Below are positions 1-10,037 of a stretch of DNA of 64,000 nucleotides, one piece after another. The DNA is from an uncultured Spirochaetota bacterium (GTDB lineage: Bacteria; Spirochaetota; Spirochaetia; SZUA-6; Fen-1364): assembly GCA_963745235.1 (NCBI GenBank), contig CAVUXE010000099.1, positions 32,001 to 96,000 of the forward strand, written 5' to 3'. The first letter of the stretch is position 1; every line of letters begins with the position of its first letter. The notes under the pieces are model-generated. The model was given only the letters and a program-made list of their open reading frames with translations, was not told where the DNA came from and made no database searches. The translations under genes were made by a program, and so were the position numbers.

Positions 1-1
1 C

Positions 2-673
2 GCGGGCGCACCCGGGGACACCCTGGTGTTCCACTACTCAGGCCACGGCTCGCAGGTGGCGGACGTCGAAGGTGATGAGGCGGACGGAAAGGATGAGATC
101 ATCTGCCCCTACGACTTCGACTGGGACACCAACTACATCAAGGACGATGATTTTGCCCGGATCTTCAAGGACCTCCGGAAAGGGGTGGCCCTGGAGGTGA
201 TTCTGGATTCCTGTCATTCAGGGACTGGAACCCGGGAGATGATCCTGGACCGCACCTCTCTTTCGACCCTCCCCGGTACGCAACTGTCGGAGGCAGACCT
301 GTGGTCGAGCCCCCACTGCATCCGGCCGCGCTACCTGGCGCCTCCCGCTGATGTTGCGCTGCGCGCGGACGAGATCTTCGGCCGGGAGCTGCCCCTGGCC
401 AGGCTCGGACGCGCCAATGCCGTCACGAACCACGTGCTGTGGGCGGCCTGCCGAGACAACCAGTACTCCGCGGACGCCGATGTGGGAGGCAAACCGGGCG
501 GGGCCTTCACGTACTTCTTCTGCAGGCACGTTCGGGATGCGGCCGGCCGCATCAGCAGATCGGACCTCGTCAAACGAGTGAAGGCTTCCCTTTCTCATGA
601 AGGCTTCTCCCAGGTGCCGCAGCTCGAGTGCACGGAGGCCTGCCGGAAGGCAGAGGTATTCGGAGGCGCATAG
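2..673 (+). CDS. Caspase-family (metacaspase, peptidase C14) protein, 5' truncated by window edge
   Basis: Has FHYSGHG (catalytic His) and ILDSCHSG (catalytic Cys), plus ACRDNQYSAD and GAFT...QVPQL motifs. The frame is open to the window start. Confidence 0.9.
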   Translation, partial: AGAPGDTLVFHYSGHGSQVADVEGDEADGKDEIICPYDFDWDTNYIKDDDFARIFKDLRKGVALEVILDSCHSGTGTREMILDRTSLSTLPGTQLSEADLWSSPHCIRPRYLAPPADVALRADEIFGRELPLARLGRANAVTNHVLWAACRDNQYSADADVGGKPGGAFTYFFCRHVRDAAGRISRSDLVKRVKASLSHEGFSQVPQLECTEACRKAEVFGGA

Positions 674-706
674 CCATCATCACGTAGCCGTCGTTACATT
701 ATCCTC

Positions 707-1252
707 ATGACCAACGGACACATCTACGACTTCGTCATGAAGGACATCGGCGGCGTTGACGTCCCCCTGCGCAACTTCAGGGGCAAGGTGCTACTTGTCG
801 TCAACGTCGCCAGCAAATGCGGATTCACGCCCCAGTATGCCGGCCTCCAGAGCCTCTACGAGCGCTACAGGGAAAGGGGGTTCGAGATCCTGGGCTTCCC
901 GGCCAACGACTTCCTGTGGCAGGAGCCGGGGAGCGACCAGGAAATCAAGCAGTTTTGCTCAATGACCTACAACGTCAGCTTTCCCCTCTTCTCGAAGATC
1001 CCGGTCAAGGGAAGGAACATTCATCCGCTGTACAGTTTCCTCACGGACAAGGAGACCAACCCGAGCTTCAGCGGAAAGATCACGTGGAACTTCAACAAGT
1101 TCCTCGTGGACAGGAATGGCCGGATCGTGAACCGCTTTGATTCAAAGGTCGAGCCGCTGGACGAGCGTGTGCTTTCCGCGGTGGAGGCCGCGTGGCCGGT
1201 CAGGACGTCGCCGCCAGGACCTCAGCGGTCCGGACGTCAGCGGCCAGGATAG
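707..1252 (+). CDS. Glutathione peroxidase (Cys type)
   Basis: Has NVASKCGFTPQY, LGFPANDFLWQEPG and WNFNKFLVDR motifs. The C-terminal tail is repetitive and possibly frameshifted. Confidence 0.92.
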   Translation: MTNGHIYDFVMKDIGGVDVPLRNFRGKVLLVVNVASKCGFTPQYAGLQSLYERYRERGFEILGFPANDFLWQEPGSDQEIKQFCSMTYNVSFPLFSKIPVKGRNIHPLYSFLTDKETNPSFSGKITWNFNKFLVDRNGRIVNRFDSKVEPLDERVLSAVEAAWPVRTSPPGPQRSGRQRPG

Positions 1253-1264
1253 TCCCTGACCCCC

Positions 1265-3806
1265 TCAGCGCGCGGATTCGTTGACCGGGAAAAGAACGCC
1301 GGACAGGATGTAGAGAAAAGCAACTCCGGCAAGCACAACGGAAAATCCAAGAGAGGTCGAAATAAGCCGGGTAAGGACCGACCCGGTCACTGACAGCGCG
1401 CCGTTGACTCCCCATGCCCAGGGCAGAACAGCCTTCCGTGACTCGGAGAGGGCAGCAAGCCCGGTGGGGAAGGGGACCCCCATGAAGAATCCCATGGGAG
1501 CCACCAGGACAGCGGTGATGAGGACTTTCACCAGGAGAGAGAGCCCGAGACAGGCCTGAAGGAGCGGCGGCACAGCGAACAGAAAGACGAGGACAAGAAT
1601 CCCGATGCCCACGGCCGCCGCCAGCACTTTGACCCTTCTTTGGAGACGAAGCGTCTCGGTCACGAGGCTTCCGATCCCTGATGAGATGAGAAGGATCGTG
1701 ATGATGATCGAGTTTGCGTACACAGGGTTTGCAAGGAAGAAGACGAACCGCTGGATCAGGAAGATCTCCGCCATGAGGTACGCGAGGCCAAGACAGGCAT
1801 AGTACACGATGATGCCCGCCGTCCCGCGCCTGCCCCGGAAAAGCTCGCGCCATCGCAGGACCAGCGGAAGAACGATGATGAGCGCACCGAAGATTATTGA
1901 CTGGAGAAACGTCGCCAGGAGCAGCAGGTAGCCCCATTCCTCGGATATCTCTCCCAGCCGGGGAAGAAACTGCGGGATGGACAGGGGTTTCAGATAGCCC
2001 GAGTAATATGGCCTGTCGTCCGTGGCGGGGCGGATGTCGAAGACGTATTTCGAGAAAAGCTCCGTCTCTCGATGGGAGAGCATCCACTCGAGTGAAAGGT
2101 GATAGAGGTCTGCCGGACGCAGGTCCATCTCGGGGCCCGCAGGCGCTGGCCCGCTGTCCGCGCCGCCCGCGCTGCCCGAATAGATGTCCGAGTACCCCTC
2201 CATGAGCCTGTCGAACCGCTTTGCATCGCTCAGCATCCCCGGGAAGTAGTTCACATCGAACGACATGCGGCGGCAGAAAGCCCTCAGGCGCGCCGTCTCC
2301 GCGGAAGTGAAGCCATTCTTCTTGACGAGCACGGTGGCGGTAGACAGGAGGAGATTGAAGGAAAAAACATCCTTGTCTATGGCGGGCAACCCCTCTTCCC
2401 GCAGCGCCTGGACTATCGTTGCAAGGAGGCGCGGCACGTTGCGGGGGGGGTTGAGCCTGTCCCAGACAGTGATAGAGAGTATCCCGGACGGGCTGAGCGA
2501 CTTCAGGTACTCCTTCATCGCTTCCACTGTGTAGGTATAGTTTTCTTCAACTGAATATCCGCCGGCCTGGGACAGCCCCGTGGAATCGATGAGGCTGATC
2601 TCCACCAGGTCGAACTTCTGATCCGTGGAGCCGGCAAACGCTCGGATCTCGGTATTCACCACCTTGACCCGGGGATCCTCCAGGATCCGTCCGGAAAAAC
2701 CCTGGAAGAAGGGCACATCCCGCATCATGTGGATAAGGTCGGGGTCAGGCTCCACTACCCAGACCTGCCGCGCCCCTTTGTGCAAGGGCAGTGAATATTC
2801 CCGCGCCCCCGCCCAACCGCAGGAGAAGGACCTTGGGATGATCAAGGACGAGGTACGGCGCCGACATGGGAAGGAAGTCGATGTACGCGTCTTCCGGGGG
2901 CGAAAGATGTCGCATGACGCCCACCGGACCGTCTCCGTCTACGTAGAGCCCCAGAAAAGCATTCCGGGGCATCCGGGCAAGGGAAACGCTCGCCGTGTCG
3001 CTCAGCCCGGGAGCAAAGTGGAAATAGGAGCTCTCGATTACCCGCATCTCTCCCAGGGGACTGAACGAGGAATACACCTGGCGCGAGTCGGGGAACTTTT
3101 CCGCGTAGCTCACGGGCTTGAAGTCGGAGACGAAGAGCTGCCCGAAGCTCAGGAGCAAGGCGTAGCTCATTCCAGCGATCGCGACGGTCAGAATGGCTTC
3201 AACGGCATGGATACGCGGCTTGTTGTCCTGCGGGCTCCATCGCACGCTGGAAAGCAGGGCCGGGATGACTGCAATCCCCACCAGGGGGTAGATGAGAAAG
3301 TCCGGGGGAAAGAGGAACATGAGCCCAAGGATGGCAACGCCTCCGATCCCGGAGCCGACCATGTTCCAGAAATACAGCTGGTGCATCCGGGAGGAGAAGG
3401 CAGTGAAGCAGACGCCGACGAACAAGCCGCCCGCAAAGAAGGGAATCCCGTAGACAAGATAGTACGCGCCGATCCACCAGAGCTGCGCGGGGTCCGACAC
3501 AATCAGGACGGGGTTGAACGGAATGTGCTGGGCAACCGTGTGGGCGACCGCCATGGATGGGCCAAGGGAAAACGCGGAGGTGGCAAGCCAGCCGTCAGGA
3601 TTTCTCCGCACGCTGTCCCCAAGGAAGGTCAGCAGCGTCCCGGCCACGCCGAAGCCCAGAAGGGCAATGCTGATGACCATGGAACCGAAGTTCGACCAGC
3701 TGCCCACGGAGAAGACGCGCATCACCTCGATCTCGAAGCCGAGCACACAGATCGACACAAGAAAGAGCGCCGCCATGCGCACGTCGGAGAGTTTCATGGG
3801 TCTCAT
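1265..3806 (-). CDS. Multi-pass membrane protein with central spermidine-synthase-like SAM-binding domain (MFS/spermidine synthase-like fusion), frameshift near 2787
   Basis: ORFs 2745-3806 and 1265-2845 join at IFTAL|HKGARQVWVVEPDP. About 7 TM helices flank each side of a domain with LRLGGGAG, VVEPDP, FDLVEIS, YTVEAMKEYLKSLSPSGIL and PATDDRPY. Confidence 0.8.
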
Positions 3807-3812
3807 GAGAGG

Positions 3813-5174
3813 TTAGTCTTTTTGGTCCCCAGCCCTGTGAACTCCGCCGCCCCGGGCCGTGAAGGGGACGAAGATCTGCTTGTGCCTGCCATGATAGATG
3901 TCTTCACGCTCCAGGCTCACAGTCCCGTCCGCGGCGACTTTTTTGACTATGCGGAGAATGGTCTGGCCGGACGGCGGCCCGATGGGAATGACCATGATCC
4001 CGCCAGGAGCAAGCTGCCTGATGAGCGCGGGCGGAACGTGGTCTATCCCGCACGTCACGATGATCCTGTCGAAGGGTGCGTACTCTTCCCAGCCGTAGTA
4101 GCCGTCATCCACTTTTCTCTTGATGTTCCTGTACTCCGGGTACGTAGGCTCCAGGCGCTTGTAAATGGCGTCCGTCTGGCGGGCAAGCTTCTCGATGATC
4201 TCTATGGTATAGACGTGGTTTGAGATTTCCGACAGCAGCGATGACTGGTACCCGGATCCCGTTCCGATCTCCAGGACTTTCTGTTCCGGCAGGGGATCGA
4301 GGTAGTCGGTCATCCGGGAGACCAGGTGCGGTCCCGAGATGGTCTGACCGTACCCGATGGGCAGCACTGCGTTTTCATACGCGCGGCGGGGGTCTCGGGA
4401 AAAATACTCCCGCGGGGCCCGCAGGAACGCCTCCCGGACGCGCTCGTGTGTGAAGTTGCCCAGGCGCTGGATCATCTGTGCCCTGTCCCACTTCGCCTTC
4501 AAGAACTTCGCCTGCTGGTCGGTGTGCTTGACCATCCAGTCCACGAACGCATCTTTATTGTCAAAGGGTGGGTTGTCCGTCCGGGTGGCTACGTCGAAAG
4601 GCACCGCGGGCTCAGGGCCGGAAAGGAGGATGCCGCTGGCGCCGGGGGTTCCAGTTGCGGGTTGCCGGGCGGCGAGTCGTGCCCCGGCAGGTGCTCCCGC
4701 GGCGGGTCCGGCGATGGGGCCCGTGGCGGTTTGTGCCGCCGCCGTGTCCGCGGAGGCACTCTGCGGGTTGATGGCAACGGCGGCTGGACCCTGAGCGGCA
4801 TCTCCCGCAACGCCGCCCGCCGGGACGTCAGAAGGGTTTCCGGTGGCGGCCGGCTGCGCTGCCGGGCTTGCCTGTGTTGCCTCAGTGGGGAGCTGCAGGT
4901 GAATCTCTTGGGTCAGGACAAAAACCGCAAGGAGGACCAGCAGCCCTCCCGCCGAAAGCAGCAGGACCAGGAGAGCGCCGCCCCTGCGCTTCTTGCCGGG
5001 CGCGCCGGAGGACGCCTTGGATGCGGAGGGCTGCAGGCTCGCGGGCTGTGTGCCGGGAGGCGTGAAACCGCAGACCTGGCACGGTTTTCCAGGTTCGATG
5101 TCGAATCCACACTTGGGACAGGATGTCGGCCGGCTCCCCGCGGGGGTCCTGTTTTTCTCTGGCACACTGCTCAC
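3813..5174 (-). CDS. pcm: Protein-L-isoaspartate O-methyltransferase with N-terminal Zn ribbon, TM anchor and Pro/Ala linker
   Basis: Has LPIGYGQTISGP, VLEIGTGSGYQ, APFDRIIVT and QLAPGGIMVIPIG. N-terminus carries CPKC..CQVC, then KKRR and a hydrophobic helix. Confidence 0.9.
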   Translation of the reverse strand: MSSVPEKNRTPAGSRPTSCPKCGFDIEPGKPCQVCGFTPPGTQPASLQPSASKASSGAPGKKRRGGALLVLLLSAGGLLVLLAVFVLTQEIHLQLPTEATQASPAAQPAATGNPSDVPAGGVAGDAAQGPAAVAINPQSASADTAAAQTATGPIAGPAAGAPAGARLAARQPATGTPGASGILLSGPEPAVPFDVATRTDNPPFDNKDAFVDWMVKHTDQQAKFLKAKWDRAQMIQRLGNFTHERVREAFLRAPREYFSRDPRRAYENAVLPIGYGQTISGPHLVSRMTDYLDPLPEQKVLEIGTGSGYQSSLLSEISNHVYTIEIIEKLARQTDAIYKRLEPTYPEYRNIKRKVDDGYYGWEEYAPFDRIIVTCGIDHVPPALIRQLAPGGIMVIPIGPPSGQTILRIVKKVAADGTVSLEREDIYHGRHKQIFVPFTARGGGVHRAGDQKD

Positions 5175-5333
5175 CTGTATGAACGCCCTCCCGAAATTAT
5201 CGACCCTTTTGTCCGCCGAATTGAGGATGCCACGGAACCGGGGTCCTCGAATAGTGCCCGGGAAGGCTCCCTGCGTAGAAAGTACACCCGCCAGCCTTGA
5301 AAGAATACCCCGCTTGGGCTATGAAGAGCGAAC

Positions 5334-6518
5334 ATGAATCAAGGCGTAGAACGACTCGTTTTGGGTGATCGCACCATCATTCTGGTAGGAACAGCGCACA
5401 TCTCGCGGGACAGCGTGGATGAAGTCCGCCGGGTGATTGAAGAAGAGTCTCCGGACCGGGTCTGCGTGGAGCTGGATGACGGCCGCCATACCTCCCTGAC
5501 CCAGGGCAACTCGTGGCAGAACCTGAACATCGGCAAGGTGATCAGGGAAGGGAAGGGCTTCCTTCTCATGGCCAACCTCGTCCTTGCTTCGTTTCAAAGA
5601 CGGCTGGGGAGCGAGCTGGGAGTCCGCCCCGGTGAGGAGATGCTGGCCGCCATCCAGGCCGCGCAGGAAAAGGGGATCCCTTTTTCCCTCTGTGACCGCA
5701 ACATCCAGATCACGCTCCGCCGGGCCTGGTCCCGGACGGGAGCGTGGGGAAAAATGAAGATGCTTGCCGCCATGCTCACCTCCGTGTTCACCACGGAGAA
5801 GCTCAGCCCGCAGGACATCGAGAAGCTCAAGGAGAAGGATGTTCTCCAGGAAATGATGGAAGAGCTGGCCGCGTATCTTCCGGGAGCAAAAGAGGTCCTG
5901 ATCGACGAGCGGGATATCTACCTCGCCACCAGGGTCTTCCAGGCAGACGGCAAAAAGATCGTGGCCGTGGTGGGCGCGGGTCACCTGTCCGGCATAGCCA
6001 GACACATCCAGGCGCTCTCCGAGAACAGGGAGGCCGCGGACCTTTCGTCCCTGGACAAGCTCCCCGAGCGCAGGTGGACGGGAAAGGTTCTCCCGTGGAC
6101 CATCCCGGCCATCATCCTTGCCCTGTTCGTCCTCGGGGTCATCCGGGCCGGATGGAATCTGAGCCTCGCGATGTTCGGCCGATGGGTGCTGATCCACGGC
6201 GGTCTTGCCGCCGTTGGCTCACTCATCGCCTGGGCCCACCCGTTGACCATCCTTATCGCGTTCGTGGGAGCGCCCATCGGAACGTTCAACCCCTTCGGGA
6301 AGATCGGGCTCTTCACCGGCGCGGCGGAGGCGTACCTCCGCAAGCCGCGCGTCAGGGACCTGGAAGGCCTGGCGGAGGACGTTGGCACGTTCAAGGGCTT
6401 CTACACGAACAGGGTGACGCACATCCTCATCGTGTTCTTCATGTCCACTCTGGGCGCGGCCATCGGCAACATCATTTCGATTCCGTTTCTGACGGCTCTT
6501 CTGCGAGGCGCCCGGTAA
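5334..6518 (+). CDS. TraB/GumN (pheromone-shutdown-like) family membrane protein
   Basis: Has LVGTAHIS, VCVELD, PGEEM, LIDERD and VVGAGH motifs with C-terminal TM helices. Confidence 0.88.
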   Translation: MNQGVERLVLGDRTIILVGTAHISRDSVDEVRRVIEEESPDRVCVELDDGRHTSLTQGNSWQNLNIGKVIREGKGFLLMANLVLASFQRRLGSELGVRPGEEMLAAIQAAQEKGIPFSLCDRNIQITLRRAWSRTGAWGKMKMLAAMLTSVFTTEKLSPQDIEKLKEKDVLQEMMEELAAYLPGAKEVLIDERDIYLATRVFQADGKKIVAVVGAGHLSGIARHIQALSENREAADLSSLDKLPERRWTGKVLPWTIPAIILALFVLGVIRAGWNLSLAMFGRWVLIHGGLAAVGSLIAWAHPLTILIAFVGAPIGTFNPFGKIGLFTGAAEAYLRKPRVRDLEGLAEDVGTFKGFYTNRVTHILIVFFMSTLGAAIGNIISIPFLTALLRGAR

Positions 6519-6523
6519 GGAGC

Positions 6524-7645
6524 TTACCTCCGCTCCCGTTGCCGCAGCGGTCTCTCCTCGCGGAACCGCAGGGAATAGGCGGTTGGATCCTCTCCATTGT
6601 TTCGCCGCGAATACAGCCGCGTCAGGTACCTGACTGATGCCATGCGCATCTCCACGTCGGCGCGGTCCCGCTGGAGCTGATCAAAGAACTGCGCCGTCGT
6701 GAGGGTGGCGGAAATATCGCCCCTTCCGAAGCCCTGGTCGTGAAGCCTTTGGAGCCGCAGGAGCCTGGCATGGACCCTTTCAAGGCGAAACAGGGTCCTG
6801 CGCAAGCGCAGGATGGTCCCGGCCACGGCACGTTTTTCCCTGTCGAGGTCCGTCGCTGCCCCTATCTTTCCCTGCCTGTCCTCCGCAATCCACTTGGAAA
6901 TGATCGTCTGCTGGCGCCTCAAGGCCCCGTAGTCCTTGTCGAATACCTCGCGCAACCGCTGGTACCGGAGGGCATTCGCCTGGATGAGCCGAAACGCGTT
7001 GGCACGCACCGCTGCCCTGCGCTGCTCCGCCCACGTGCTTCGAAAAGCATCAAGGTCAGATGCGGCCACGGGCACGCTTCGAAACGGGCCGTCAGCCTGG
7101 TTCTCAACGACGGTCCCGGGCGTGGCCTGATACTCGGTACCGTTCTCCGCCGTGCAGGCCACCGCGCCCGTGCTGCAGTCCACGAGGACGTCCCCCGCGT
7201 CCGATGTCGTCACCGTGAGCTCGGTGCCCCTGACTCCAAGGACCGTTGTCTCGGTCTGCACGTCAAGGTCCTGGTCCGAGGAAAGGGCCGAGACCTTGAG
7301 GCGGAGTGAGCCGCTGATGAGGTTGATGGAGCTGTGCGTGTGGCCCTGCAGCGCAGACAGCTCGAAGGTGAATTGCGTGTCGGGGGACAGGGAGAGCGTT
7401 GAAGCGGGAGCCTGGGCGGATGTCACTTTGATCTGCGCGCTGCCATCATCCCCCGTCTTCACGAGATCAAAGTTTTCAACGGGAGCTCCAATGACCACCG
7501 CATCAGCGGCAAGGGCCGCGCCGTTTCTCACCACCGAAACATCGCCCTCCAGATAGACTGTCTCGCCAATCTGTCCCTGCTCGACAGAGCCGTTCGAGGG
7601 CGCCAGCAGGAGCGGCAGGAAAAAGAAGAGGACCAGCTTTCGCAT
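6524..7645 (-). CDS. Exported FecR-domain protein with helical C-terminus
   Basis: Signal peptide followed by YLEGDVSV, DLVKTGDDG and TETTVLGVRGT (FecR-like). Confidence 0.75.
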   Translation of the reverse strand: MRKLVLFFFLPLLLAPSNGSVEQGQIGETVYLEGDVSVVRNGAALAADAVVIGAPVENFDLVKTGDDGSAQIKVTSAQAPASTLSLSPDTQFTFELSALQGHTHSSINLISGSLRLKVSALSSDQDLDVQTETTVLGVRGTELTVTTSDAGDVLVDCSTGAVACTAENGTEYQATPGTVVENQADGPFRSVPVAASDLDAFRSTWAEQRRAAVRANAFRLIQANALRYQRLREVFDKDYGALRRQQTIISKWIAEDRQGKIGAATDLDREKRAVAGTILRLRRTLFRLERVHARLLRLQRLHDQGFGRGDISATLTTAQFFDQLQRDRADVEMRMASVRYLTRLYSRRNNGEDPTAYSLRFREERPLRQRERR

Positions 7646-7677
7646 CGATCGCCTCCCGTGTTGAGCTTGTCAGCGTG

Positions 7678-8997
7678 CTACTGACCGGGGAACCTGTACC
7701 TTCGCCTGTGAAGGTTCACAAGGATGCCCACGCTGGCCAGGGCTGCCCACAGGGAAGACCCGCCGTAGGAAAGAAAAAGAAGCGGGATTCCCGTGACGGG
7801 CATGATTCCCATGGCCATGCCCGCGTTGATCACCAGGTGGAGGAAGAGCATGGCCAGGATGCCGCCGCCAGCGAGGTGGGCAAAGGAGTCCGCCCTCAGG
7901 CTCCAGACGATGCTCAGGCCCCTGAGCAGGACGATGAGGTAGAGCAGAAACACGAGCAACCCGCCAAGGAATCCCCATTCCTCTGACACGATGGAAAATA
8001 TGAAGTCCGTGCTCTGCGAGGGAAGGAACTGGTAGTGGCTCTGCGTCCCGTGCAGGAACCCTTTGCCGTGGAAGCCGCCGGAGCCGATAGCGGTAAGGCT
8101 CTGCAGGATGTTCCAGCCCGATCCCTGCGGGTCCAGGTGCGGGTTCAAAAAGATCACGAACCGCATGATCTGGTAGTCCTTGAGCGCCAGGCGGACGGCA
8201 ATGGAACAGACCGCGGACACCATGACGAGGGAGGCGAAATAGAAGATCCAGTAGAAGTACACGCGTCGGGAAGCGCGGAATCCCATCAGCGACAGCCCCG
8301 CAACCACCGCGCCCGGCGGGATGAGATAGAGGAGGGACGTCGGCTCGCGCATCATGCCCAGGAGGGCGGGGCCGTGCCCCGTGCGCTGCAGGATGCTCGG
8401 CAGCGCCGCCATGACGATCGTGAGCGCCCCGACCATGAAGATGAAGAACAGGTGGCGAAGCTGCGCTCCCGCCATGAATGCCATGAAAAGGAAGATGAAG
8501 ACCAGGACAAGGGTGGTGCCGAGGTCGGGCTGCAGAAGGATCAGCCCCAGGGGCACCATTGTGATGAAGACGCCCAGGAGCAGTCTTGGCAGCTCCCGCA
8601 CCCCGTTGCCGATGTTGGAGAAATAGGTGGCCAGAAAGAGAATGAGAGAGAGCTTCGCGAACTCGGAGGGCTGAATACCGAGCTCTCCAACACCCAGCCA
8701 GGATCTGTGGCCGTTCACGTCCCTGCCGATGGCAAGGGTCACGAGGAGGAGAACCAGCGAAATTGCGTAGATGTAGACGGACAGCATCCGAAGAGTTCCG
8801 TAGTTGAGGAAGGAAAAAAGGAGCAGGATCCCGATGCCCGTGGCGGCCCAGATGAGCTGCTTGATATACTCACGGGAAACCGCGATGCCGCTGGAGTTGA
8901 CGCCGCTCGAATAGATGAAAAGCACACCCACCATGATGAGAAGGAAAGTCGCGCCAAAAAGCACGAAGTCGAAGGAAAAGGTGAGTGACCGTCTCAT
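7678..8997 (-). CDS. rodA: SEDS peptidoglycan glycosyltransferase RodA
   Basis: Has GIQPSEFAK, LQPDLGT, QSLTAIGSGG, TDFIFS and GIPLLFLSYGGSS. Confidence 0.9.
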   Translation of the reverse strand: MRRSLTFSFDFVLFGATFLLIMVGVLFIYSSGVNSSGIAVSREYIKQLIWAATGIGILLLFSFLNYGTLRMLSVYIYAISLVLLLVTLAIGRDVNGHRSWLGVGELGIQPSEFAKLSLILFLATYFSNIGNGVRELPRLLLGVFITMVPLGLILLQPDLGTTLVLVFIFLFMAFMAGAQLRHLFFIFMVGALTIVMAALPSILQRTGHGPALLGMMREPTSLLYLIPPGAVVAGLSLMGFRASRRVYFYWIFYFASLVMVSAVCSIAVRLALKDYQIMRFVIFLNPHLDPQGSGWNILQSLTAIGSGGFHGKGFLHGTQSHYQFLPSQSTDFIFSIVSEEWGFLGGLLVFLLYLIVLLRGLSIVWSLRADSFAHLAGGGILAMLFLHLVINAGMAMGIMPVTGIPLLFLSYGGSSLWAALASVGILVNLHRRRYRFPGQ

Positions 8998-9107
8998 GGT
9001 GACTTTCTATCATGTTCGATGGCTGCGCTCCAATAGGCGCGGTTGCGGGCGCGGTTGCCGGAAGTCGCTTTTCAGCCAATAATGCGTTCTCAAGGGAGAA
9101 CACAGTC

Positions 9108-10037
9108 ATGCGAAACGCGAGCAAGATCTCAAGGGATTTCTGGGACTACACCACTCTGGACCCGAAGTTGCTGGACGACGCGGCTCGATTGACGGAAAAG
9201 GACATTGAGCAGATGGGACGGCCTGGGTTCATCGTGAAGCTCTACGATAGCCTGGAGGCCTTCTTCAACGCCGAGGCCCTCGAATACGTCTGGACCTGGA
9301 AGCAGTCCACCAAGAGCAGGCCGGCGGGAATCTGCGGTCCCATCGGCCCGACGGAGCAACTCCCCCTTGTCGCGCAGATCGTGAATGACCTCGAGATAGA
9401 CGTGAGGGAAGGCCACTTCTGGGCCATGGACGAGTGGTACGCTGACGGTCGGGAGGTTGCTGTCACTCATCCTCTGAGCTTCGCGAAGGCGGACCTGGAT
9501 CTGTGCTTCAACAGGATCGACAAGAAACTGCGGATGCCTGACTCCAACCTTCATTTCATCACGTCAAAAGGGATAACGGAATACTCCCGGTCCTATGACG
9601 CAGCCACGTGCCTGATCATGCAGGGCGGCCAGGGAGAGGTGAAACACTGGGCGTTCAACGATCCTCCCCAGCGGGAGGGGGCGCACAAGGATTCACCGCC
9701 GAGTCCTGCCGAATATCGGAAGCTTTCGACCAGGGTCGTTGACCTCCACCCCATGACCATCATCCAGAACGCGCGCACATCAGGCGGAGGCGTGGTTTCC
9801 GCCGTCCCTTCCCAGGCGCTGTCGGTCGGGCCCGTTGAGACATGGAAGGCGGAGAAGGTCTCCATCTGGCATCCCGGATGGCATGACAACCCCTTTGGAT
9901 TGCGCCTGACAACGCTCATGATCTCAAAGAGACTTCCGGATTCTTCGGTGCCCATGAGTCTCCTTGCTGATCACCCCAACGTGCAGTTCAACTTCTTCCG
10001 CGGCGGCATTGGCACCTGCCAGGCGGAGATGCACTAG
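9108..10037 (+). CDS. Glucosamine-6-phosphate isomerase/deaminase family protein
   Basis: Has [35 protein letters not shown] and [19 protein letters not shown] precedes ATG 9108. Confidence 0.75.
   Translation: MRNASKISRDFWDYTTLDPKLLDDAARLTEKDIEQMGRPGFIVKLYDSLEAFFNAEALEYVWTWKQSTKSRPAGICGPIGPTEQLPLVAQIVNDLEIDVREGHFWAMDEWYADGREVAVTHPLSFAKADLDLCFNRIDKKLRMPDSNLHFITSKGITEYSRSYDAATCLIMQGGQGEVKHWAFNDPPQREGAHKDSPPSPAEYRKLSTRVVDLHPMTIIQNARTSGGGVVSAVPSQALSVGPVETWKAEKVSIWHPGWHDNPFGLRLTTLMISKRLPDSSVPMSLLADHPNVQFNFFRGGIGTCQAEMH

Noticed and set aside
707-1252. Selenocysteine glutathione peroxidase
   Set aside because: The active-site codon is TGC (Cys), not TGA.
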